Program-made: the position numbers and the translations under genes | The notes under the pieces: generated by a model | The model's input: the letters and a program-made list of their open reading frames with translations, nothing else | Database searches by the model: none | What the model was told of the DNA's origin: nothing | Assembly (NCBI GenBank): GCA_900320545.1 | Contig: ONSU01000002.1 | Span: 42,143-106,142, forward strand | DNA length: 64,000 bases | Reading direction: 5' to 3' | Source of the DNA: an uncultured Bacteroidales bacterium | GTDB taxonomy: Bacteria > Bacteroidota > Bacteroidia > Bacteroidales > UBA932 | Shown here: positions 57,930 to 64,000 of the stretch, one piece after another | How positions within the stretch are numbered: the stretch's first letter is position 1 | How the letters are laid out: each line of letters begins with the position of its first letter

Positions 57930-60900
57930 TTATTCCATTCCTACGGAAATATTCTCAGGTGTTCCCTCATCACTAATGGCCGTCACGGTAACGGTGATGT
58001 CGGAAAGGTGAATAACCGGTTTCCGGCTGTCGCTGGCTGAACCATCATCGTAGGTTGGCTTGGAGAAGTTTGTTTTCGCAGGTCCGAAGATAATCCGGTC
58101 TCCGGCTTTTATCTTCAAGGTCCTGGAGACTGTCTCCCAGGTCTCACCATCATTTTTATTGAAGGTGATGCGCCGGACGTGGTCGCCTTCCGCTCCGTCA
58201 TCCTGCCAGCTGAAATCCGCCTTGTTGCCGGAAACAGCGGCTCCAGCCTGAGTGATGGCGCCAAGCGCCCATTCGCCCTTGTTTGCACCATAAGAAGGAG
58301 ATGCGGTAATGGTAACTTCGACCGTCGCCACCTTTCCGGCGGCAATCGGGAATTCAGGTGTCAGGAGCCAGCCTAAACAACTGTCATATTTACTGCCATC
58401 GGCAAGTCTGGTTCCTATCTGGACATAACCTGGACGAACCCATATTGCTCCATAATTCGGCTTTGCGGCATTTATACAACTGGTGTTGCCGACGGCGTCC
58501 CATGCCCAGTTCGCAAGCCGGCTTCCGGGCAAGGCTCCCGTCTGACGGAAGAGCGACCACCATCTGCATAGCTGTACTGACTCATAAGGATCACTGTTGT
58601 CAAGAGTTTGGTTGCTGAAGGAAGATCCGGAGTCGGGATCGATACCCACCGCATCCGAATTGTAATCCGAATTCCAGCAGAGTTCGCTGAAGTCCTCGGC
58701 AAAAGCGAGTCCTGTTTCGGAGATACTCGAAGGCATCGTCTTGACAGTGAATGGCTTGGTCCTGGCAATGACAGCTGTGGATGTCTGGGAATCTCCGTCG
58801 CTTACCTTTATATAATATGTCGTATCCGGACTGAGTCCCGCAAAGACAAATCGCGGGGAGTGAGAAGTACTCCAATAGGATGCGTTGGCAGCGAAACTGA
58901 AGGAACGGACCGGCGTCCCACTGCATTCCGCATTGTCATAGAGGAAAGCCGTATAGGATTTTGTAATATCATCCTCAACGGAAGTACCTTCCGTCCATTC
59001 GACCGTTATGGTGGAAGAACTTGTTTCCCTGACTGTCACCCGGACAGGATCGTTCTCAATGGAAGTAACCTCGACCTTGATGTCGCTGATGAACACACGC
59101 CCCTTGGAACTTGATGATCCCTCTGCGGCGCCGAAGGCGATGCGGTCTCCAGGAAGGATGGTCAAGCCCTCAGCGGTGACGGTCGTCCACTCCGTCCCGA
59201 GCGCGACGGTCTGATACTTGTCCGGGGTGTTTTCTTCAGGCCAGCTGAAATTCGCCGCATAGCCGCTCACGTTAGCTTCTATGGCGTTGAGAACGGCGAT
59301 GCCCCAGCTGTCCTCCTGACTGGAGTTATACTTCGCTGCGGTGACGGTCACATTGACTATGGCCTTCTTTCCGCCCGGCACCGTAAACTGCGGTGTCAGT
59401 ATCCAGCCCTTGCCGCTGGCGGTACCCATCTTGAGGTAACCGCAGTGGTAATAGACATTGCTGTCATAAGCCCACCCTGCAAGGCGGCTGGAGGCAAGCG
59501 GAGCCGTGGTGGACATCTTGACCTCTCCGGAATTGCTGTTGCCGGCGACATAATTCTTGACATCCGTGGAGGAGAAAGAGGAGGTCGTGTTGGGAACGTA
59601 CCCGGCCGCACCGGCGAGCATATCCGACTGCCAGCGGAGTTCCCCGAAGTCCTCGGCAAGAGCGACGCCCGTCGAAGTAATGGACGAAGGCATCTGCACG
59701 ACGGTAAAGGCTTCCGTAGTGGCGGAAACGATGTTGGAGACCACGCCGTCCGTCGTATCCGTCACCTTCAGATAATAGGTCGTAGCCGGGGTAAGTCCGC
59801 CGAATACGTATTTCGGCTGTGCACTCCTCCAGCAAGCGTCCCCCGCGGGGATATCGAAGGAAGCGACCGGCACCGTGCAGGCGTCATCGCTATAAAGAGC
59901 CGCCGTGAAAGCGTGGGAAGGATCGCCGCTCCAGGTAAACGGCAGGGTCGAAGAGGTCGCCCCTTCGGCGGGATAGGCAAAGAGCGACGAAGCCGACAGC
60001 GCCTTGACATCCACCGAGATATCATCGAAGAGTACACGGGCCTTGCTGTTCGAACCTCCTTTTGTGCGTCCGAATGCTATCCTGTTGCCCCTCTGTATCC
60101 GCAGACCCCGCACGGTCACGGTCTCCCAGGGAGATGTGTTCTCCTTGGTCTTTGTAGTGGAGACGACCCTGTAGAGAGAGACATCAGTTATATCCGGCCA
60201 GGTGAAGTCAGACTGACGGCCACCCTTGTCTCCGTCCTCGCTGATCACGCAGACCATAAAGTCATCGGACTGGTCCGCATTATATTTGGTGAAGCTTACG
60301 GTAACATCCGCATACGCAGATTTGCCTTCCTCTATCGGGAATGTGGGCGTAAGGGCAAAACCGTAAGAGCTGCTCGTTCCCAGCTTCAGATATCCGGGGT
60401 GAATGTAAACCTTGCCCTCGGACAGCCAGCCGGCAAGGCGGCTGTTGGCGATAGCCGTGGAGAAATTACCGGTGCCGCGGAAGTCCTTCTCGTCCGGATT
60501 GATCGTGGCTCCGGACAGGGAATGATTGGAGAAACTGCTCTGGTTGGAAGGAAGATATCCCACGCCGTTCTTCACATACTCCGTTCCCCAGGCGAACTCG
60601 CCGAAGTCCTCGGCATAGACCACCCCGGCGGCGGTAATGTCCGAAGTGGGCATCTGGACTACCGTAAACGCCTTGGTGCTCTCCTGTACCGGGTCGCTCA
60701 ACGCGCCGGCCGTAGGGTCTTCCACCTTGAACCAATAGTCTGTCCCGGGAGCAAGACCGCCGATGACAAAACGGAGGGCTTCGCCGACTTTCCACTCGGC
60801 GGACGCAGGAAGGTCGTAAGATTCATATTCGGACGTGCACCCGCTGTCGGTATAGACGTGAACTTTCCAAGGCTTCTTCGTATCGCTGGCGGGATTGGAG

Positions 60901-61778
60901 CCGGTCCAGCGGATCGTGATGGCGGAAGAATTGACGGCCCAGTGGCCGGTAATCGCGACCGCTGACGGCACATACGCCGGAGCCGTGATCGGATACAGCG
61001 TTCCCGCCGCGGCGTTGAAGGCCGACGTGCGGGAGAAGGCCATGGAAGTACCGTCAGACGCACTGATAACAAAGCGGAGGCCGCCGGCATAATTCTGCGC
61101 CGGGATGGCCAGGGTAACCGGGGTTCCGAACGGAAGGCCGCCCGAGGGGGCCTCAATCTCGACATAATTGTTTTCGCCGCCCGAGAGGGAAGAGAAGTCG
61201 GTCGTAAAGACGCCGCTCATCTTCTCCGTGCCCAGGGCCTCCAGTTTGATGGAAGTGATATTGAGCGTACCCTCGGCCGGGGCGGTCGGGGTAATCTTGA
61301 AGAGCGACATCATCGGGTTGAAACTCAGTGAGGGGGAGTTGCCGCTTCCGAGCATGATGTAAGCGGCGGGGTCGTGCTGCCCGGCCACATAAGCCTGTTG
61401 CGAGGGAATCGTAACCGTCGCCGCTCCGGAGGCATATCCGGAAATCGCCGAAGCCGGAGAAGCTGAATAATACGGAACCGTCAACTCGCCCGTAACGGAG
61501 AACTGGGCATAATTGGTACCGACATAGCCGTCGCCATCTTCCAGGGCTACGCTTGAGATGCCGTTGACACTGATGACGTCGCCCGCCTGCCAGAGAGTCG
61601 GATAGCCGTCCTCACCCTTCTCTCCAAGGCAAACCTTGGTCTCGGGGAGGGAGGCCTTGAAGACGACAGTCTTGATTTCTCCGGAAGTATTCTCCGGGAG
61701 ATCCTGCTCTTTGGCGCAGGAAAATGCAAGGACAAGAATGCCTGCAAGCAAAAGAATCTTTTTCATTGTCGTCTTCAT
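57930..61778 (-). CDS. Giant surface lipoprotein: N-terminal beta-sandwich domain plus 3 x (Fn3 + unknown AEDFGE-W module)
   Basis: Lipobox AFSC followed by acidic residues. Three collinear internal repeats of about 310-375 aa at about 59997-60968, 59061-59996 and 57933-59060. Start placed at 61778 (MKTTMKKILLL), 2 nt after the small ORF stop. Confidence 0.8.
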   Translation of the reverse strand: MKTTMKKILLLAGILVLAFSCAKEQDLPENTSGEIKTVVFKASLPETKVCLGEKGEDGYPTLWQAGDVISVNGISSVALEDGDGYVGTNYAQFSVTGELTVPYYSASPASAISGYASGAATVTIPSQQAYVAGQHDPAAYIMLGSGNSPSLSFNPMMSLFKITPTAPAEGTLNITSIKLEALGTEKMSGVFTTDFSSLSGGENNYVEIEAPSGGLPFGTPVTLAIPAQNYAGGLRFVISASDGTSMAFSRTSAFNAAAGTLYPITAPAYVPSAVAITGHWAVNSSAITIRWTGSNPASDTKKPWKVHVYTDSGCTSEYESYDLPASAEWKVGEALRFVIGGLAPGTDYWFKVEDPTAGALSDPVQESTKAFTVVQMPTSDITAAGVVYAEDFGEFAWGTEYVKNGVGYLPSNQSSFSNHSLSGATINPDEKDFRGTGNFSTAIANSRLAGWLSEGKVYIHPGYLKLGTSSSYGFALTPTFPIEEGKSAYADVTVSFTKYNADQSDDFMVCVISEDGDKGGRQSDFTWPDITDVSLYRVVSTTKTKENTSPWETVTVRGLRIQRGNRIAFGRTKGGSNSKARVLFDDISVDVKALSASSLFAYPAEGATSSTLPFTWSGDPSHAFTAALYSDDACTVPVASFDIPAGDACWRSAQPKYVFGGLTPATTYYLKVTDTTDGVVSNIVSATTEAFTVVQMPSSITSTGVALAEDFGELRWQSDMLAGAAGYVPNTTSSFSSTDVKNYVAGNSNSGEVKMSTTAPLASSRLAGWAYDSNVYYHCGYLKMGTASGKGWILTPQFTVPGGKKAIVNVTVTAAKYNSSQEDSWGIAVLNAIEANVSGYAANFSWPEENTPDKYQTVALGTEWTTVTAEGLTILPGDRIAFGAAEGSSSSKGRVFISDIKVEVTSIENDPVRVTVRETSSSTITVEWTEGTSVEDDITKSYTAFLYDNAECSGTPVRSFSFAANASYWSTSHSPRFVFAGLSPDTTYYIKVSDGDSQTSTAVIARTKPFTVKTMPSSISETGLAFAEDFSELCWNSDYNSDAVGIDPDSGSSFSNQTLDNSDPYESVQLCRWWSLFRQTGALPGSRLANWAWDAVGNTSCINAAKPNYGAIWVRPGYVQIGTRLADGSKYDSCLGWLLTPEFPIAAGKVATVEVTITASPSYGANKGEWALGAITQAGAAVSGNKADFSWQDDGAEGDHVRRITFNKNDGETWETVSRTLKIKAGDRIIFGPAKTNFSKPTYDDGSASDSRKPVIHLSDITVTVTAISDEGTPENISVGME
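59375..59582. repeat. Left arm of a 208-bp inverted repeat, inside repeat unit 2 of the giant lipoprotein gene
   Basis: Hand alignment of the reverse complement against 63490-63697 gives 195/208 identical with no gaps. The single 21-nt flank I compared (59583-59603 vs 63469-63489) is 13/21 identical. Confidence 0.8.
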
Positions 61779-61780
61779 TT

Positions 61781-61936
61781 TTAGTTGAACCATTCGTCTT
61801 CGCCGGGGTCTCCTTCCCCGACATTGCCCAGCTGCCCGCTTTCCAGGAAGTTCTCCTCGGGATCGAGAAAGATCAGCTCTGCTTCGGGGCTGCTGTAGGA
61901 AGCGAAAGCCTTCATTTCAAGTGTTTTTTGTATCAT
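61781..61936 (-). CDS. Conserved small ORF A (51 aa), immediately upstream of the giant lipoprotein gene
   Basis: MIQKTLEMKAFASYSSPEAELIFLDPEENFLESGQLGNVGEGDPGEDEWFN. Same length as ORF B, with 14/51 identities and no gaps. No signal peptide. Confidence 0.4.
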   Translation of the reverse strand: MIQKTLEMKAFASYSSPEAELIFLDPEENFLESGQLGNVGEGDPGEDEWFN

Positions 61937-61959
61937 AATCCTATAACATTTTCTAAATA

Positions 61960-61975
61960 GTGTGTGCGGACACAC
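61960..61975. promoter_or_regulatory. Palindromic operator candidate, site 3 (GTGTGTGCGGACACAC)
   Basis: Contains the reverse complement of TGTGTCCGCACACA at 61961-61974. Lies between the minus-strand -7 box and the small ORF A start. Confidence 0.6.
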
Positions 61976-61999
61976 TCTAACAAATCCAACATTATGATG

Positions 62000-62007
62000 C
62001 AAATATA
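62000..62007 (-). promoter_or_regulatory. -7 promoter box (TATATTTG on the minus strand) for the small ORF A / giant lipoprotein unit
   Basis: CAAATATA on the + strand matches the reverse complement of TAnnTTTG. Confidence 0.5.
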
Positions 62008-62028
62008 TATATTTTTTTTGTTTTTAAC

Positions 62029-62042
62029 TGTGTGCGGACACA
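62029..62042. promoter_or_regulatory. Palindromic operator candidate, site 4 (TGTGTGCGGACACA), central site between divergent promoters
   Basis: Exact reverse complement of the 14-mer at 40375-40388. Lies 21 bp from the minus-strand -7 box and 18 bp from the plus-strand -7 box. Confidence 0.6.
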
Positions 62043-62060
62043 TTTTCCGGAATTAATTTT

Positions 62061-62068
62061 TATATTTG
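62061..62068 (+). promoter_or_regulatory. -7 promoter box TATATTTG for the small ORF B / paralogous lipoprotein unit
   Basis: Matches the TAnnTTTG consensus. Confidence 0.5.
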
Positions 62069-62098
62069 CATCCGGATGGAGACATTTTCGACCAGGTC

Positions 62099-62112
62099 TG
62101 TGTCCGCGCACA
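62099..62112. promoter_or_regulatory. Palindromic operator candidate, site 5 (TGTGTCCGCGCACA)
   Basis: One mismatch from the 14-mer consensus. Lies in the predicted 5' UTR, 30 nt upstream of the small ORF B ATG. Confidence 0.55.
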
Positions 62113-62141
62113 TATATTAAAGGTATAAATACCCAGACGAT

Positions 62142-62297
62142 ATGAACAGTTTAAAAACAATCACTCCGGCCCATCGGTATTACACCGTGCCTGAGATCAG
62201 AATCAAGCCCCTGACGATTCAAAAGGGCTTATGTATCAGCGGCGGGCTCTCCCCCATCGAAGAGGAAGATGCCGGCATAGACAATTGGGGAGAATAA
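62142..62297 (+). CDS. Conserved small ORF B (51 aa), immediately upstream of the paralogous lipoprotein gene; absent from the ORF track
   Basis: Hand translation gives MNSLKTITPAHRYYTVPEIRIKPLTIQKGLCISGGLSPIEEEDAGIDNWGE. The stop lies 4 nt before the ATG at 62302. Confidence 0.4.
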   Translation: MNSLKTITPAHRYYTVPEIRIKPLTIQKGLCISGGLSPIEEEDAGIDNWGE

Positions 62298-62301
62298 AAT
62301 T

Positions 62302-64000
62302 ATGAAAAAGTCAGTATTATTCACACTGTGTGCAGCCGCCGTCCTGGCGGGCTGCAAGTCGGAGTTGCCGGAAGGGCCGGAAGTTCCGGGCGCGAAAACA
62401 GTCAAGGCCATCCTGACAGAAACCAAATCCTACCTCGGCGACAAGGACGGGACCTCGTATCCCAACTATTGGGCAGAGGGCGATGTCATCAACCTCAACG
62501 GGACGGCATCCTCTCCGCTCGACGCCTCCTACAACGGCAAGAGCGAGGCCGAGTTCACCTTCGCATCCGCCGCGGCACCCTACAAGGCTGTCTATCCGGC
62601 TTCGAGCGTCACCGCCTACGCCGACGGCATCGCATCCATCCTGCTCCCGGCAGAGCAGACCTATGTTGCAGGGTCCTACGACCCGGCAGCGTTTATAATG
62701 ACCGCAAAGTCGGAGGCAGACGCCACCCTTACCTTCGCCCCGGCACTTTGCATCCTCAAATTCGTCATAGACGGAACGGACAACACCAAGAGTATCAAAC
62801 TCTCCGCCGATGACGGGAAGAAACTTTCCGGAGCCTTCACGACCGATTTTTCCACCTTTGCGGCAGCGGAAGGCGCCTCCTCAGAAGTGACCATCCAGAT
62901 GCCCGAAGGCGGTGTCGCTCCCGGGACGCCCATTATGCTGGCCGTCCCGGCAGGTGACTACAGCGGCGGTCTCACTGCGGAATTCACGGATGCGAACGGC
63001 GGGGTCATGACCCTTCACGCCACGCCTTCAAAGGTTTACGAAGCCGGCAAGATGTACGCGACGGAGGTGACGGAGCCGGTTCCCTCGCTGACGGCAGCCG
63101 AAGTATCCGGAAGCACATCCTCCACATTGGTATTCAACTGGGACGGCGACAAGACCCATGCTTTCACCGTCACGCTGTATAGCAATGCCGCCTGCTCCGC
63201 GGAAGTCGCTTCCTTCGACATTCCCGCCGGGGACGCATGCTGGAACAGGACCCTGCCCACCTATGTTTTCGGAGGGCTCACGCCGGGCACGAAATATTGG
63301 TTCAAAGTGACCGACACGACAGACAGTATCGAGTCCAACGTGGTGGAAGCCACCACCGCCTCCTTCGACATCGTGCAGATGCCTGCATCGATCAACGCGA
63401 CGGGTGTCGTCCTCGCCGAAGATTTCGGTGAAATTCGCTGGCAGGGAGACATGCTGGCAAATGCTTCCGGATTTATCCCCAATACCACATCCTCTTTCTC
63501 CTCCACGGATGTCAAGAATTATGTCGCTGGCAACAGCAACTCCGGAGAGGTCAAGATGACCACCACGGCTCCGCTTGCCTCCAGCCGCCTTGCAGGATGG
63601 GCTTACGACAGCAATGTCTATTACCACTGCGGATACCTCAAGATGGGAACTTCCAGCGGCAAGGGCTGGATCCTGACGCCTCAGTTTACGGTTCCGGAAG
63701 GCTACAAGGCCATCGTCAAGGTGACCGTCACGGCGGCAAGATACAACTCCAGCCAGGACGAGAACTGGGCCGTTGCCGTCCTCAACGAGGAACTGGCCAA
63801 GGTCAGCGGCTATGCAGCGAATTTCAGCTGGCCGGGAGAAGAAACCAAATACCAGCTTGTCGGCCCGCTCGCCACTTCGTGGACGACCGTCAGCGCGGAG
63901 GGGCTTGAAGTCCTTCCCGGAGACCGCATCACCTTCGGTCCCAAGAACGGAGCCGACAAGGCCAAGTCCCGCGTATTTATCGGAGACATCAAGGTAGAAG
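62302..64000 (+). CDS. Paralogous giant surface lipoprotein, 5' part (runs off the window end); absent from the ORF track
   Basis: Hand translation in the frame of 62302 is open to position 63999: MKKSVLFTLCAAAVLAGCKSELPEG... The N-terminal domain is roughly 40% identical by eye to that of the 57930-61778 product. It is followed by an Fn3 + AEDFGEIRW module (from about 63076) ending ...SRVFIGDIKVE. Confidence 0.85.
   Translation, partial: MKKSVLFTLCAAAVLAGCKSELPEGPEVPGAKTVKAILTETKSYLGDKDGTSYPNYWAEGDVINLNGTASSPLDASYNGKSEAEFTFASAAAPYKAVYPASSVTAYADGIASILLPAEQTYVAGSYDPAAFIMTAKSEADATLTFAPALCILKFVIDGTDNTKSIKLSADDGKKLSGAFTTDFSTFAAAEGASSEVTIQMPEGGVAPGTPIMLAVPAGDYSGGLTAEFTDANGGVMTLHATPSKVYEAGKMYATEVTEPVPSLTAAEVSGSTSSTLVFNWDGDKTHAFTVTLYSNAACSAEVASFDIPAGDACWNRTLPTYVFGGLTPGTKYWFKVTDTTDSIESNVVEATTASFDIVQMPASINATGVVLAEDFGEIRWQGDMLANASGFIPNTTSSFSSTDVKNYVAGNSNSGEVKMTTTAPLASSRLAGWAYDSNVYYHCGYLKMGTSSGKGWILTPQFTVPEGYKAIVKVTVTAARYNSSQDENWAVAVLNEELAKVSGYAANFSWPGEETKYQLVGPLATSWTTVSAEGLEVLPGDRITFGPKNGADKAKSRVFIGDIKVE
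63490..63697. repeat. Right arm of the 208-bp inverted repeat
   Basis: See the left arm at 59375-59582. The shared sequence encodes SSFSSTDVKNYVAGNSNSGEVKM.TTAPLASSRLAGWAYDSNVYYHCGYLKMGT.SGKGWILTPQFTVP. Confidence 0.8.

Noticed and set aside
59445-60965. 506-aa + strand ORF whose N-terminus is almost identical to that of the minus-strand ORF at 63028-63627, suggesting a duplicated gene
   Set aside because: Both lie antisense to the paralogous lipoprotein genes. The identity is explained by the 208-bp inverted repeat, and the sequences are low-complexity (G/R/D-rich).
62029-62112. Invertible promoter (phase-variation switch) bounded by the palindromic sites and flanking the + strand -7 box
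   Set aside because: Each site is itself nearly palindromic, so orientation is undefined. Copies also occur singly at two other promoters, and no tyrosine or serine recombinase gene is in the window. An operator function is more parsimonious. It is kept only as an alternative to test by read mapping.
1-64000. Search for tRNA, rRNA, CRISPR arrays, IS elements or integrases, and toxin-antitoxin pairs
   Set aside because: Visual inspection of all intergenic regions longer than 40 bp showed none. There was no cloverleaf-compatible sequence, no regularly spaced direct repeats other than the three 11-mers at 35.7 kb, and no transposase or recombinase motif in any ORF. An Infernal or tRNAscan run would be needed to be certain.

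Overview
High-GC (about 60%) Bacteroidota-type chromosome segment, identified by a SusC/SusD pair, many lipoproteins with acidic residues after the +1 Cys, and TAnnTTTG -7 promoter boxes. I found no rRNA, tRNA, CRISPR array, transposase or integrase. Positions 1-34 kb are mostly housekeeping genes: rdgB, rsgA, polyprenyl synthase, U32 and S41 peptidases, an archaeal-type AspRS, a glucokinase/MFS/acyl-CoA ligase group, two tandem deoxynucleoside kinases, uvrA, an aromatic amino-acid operon, pyrH-frr, aminopeptidase P and hemW. Several oddities sit among them: a radical SAM/SPASM enzyme paired with a Cys-containing membrane protein, a plant-type LRR lipoprotein, an orphan cytochrome b558 subunit, and a leader or sRNA element upstream of aspS. 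Positions 34-64 kb are accessory. Two low-GC ATPase plus PD-(D/E)XK-motif genes flank a LamG protein gene. They are followed by an atypical polysaccharide-utilization-like locus (SusC/SusD) that is rich in phosphoesterase folds (NPP, MBL, two EEP), alongside GH63-like, heparinase II/III-like and CE15-like enzymes and a BACON/GLUG protein. The locus also encodes giant lipoproteins built from a repeated Fn3 plus unknown roughly 200-aa module. The most interesting signals are as follows. (1) A 14-18 bp palindrome (TGTGTCCGCACACA) occurs five times and only in promoter regions of this accessory block; three copies form a mirror-symmetric divergent control region at 61.94-62.14 kb. (2) Two gap-free homologous 51-codon ORFs each sit 2-4 nt upstream of one of two divergent paralogous giant lipoprotein genes. 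(3) A 37-aa micro-lipoprotein gene lies directly upstream of susC. (4) A 208-bp, 94%-identical inverted repeat is embedded in the two divergent paralogs. The supplied ORF track omits the + strand gene at 62302..>64000 and all three small ORFs.
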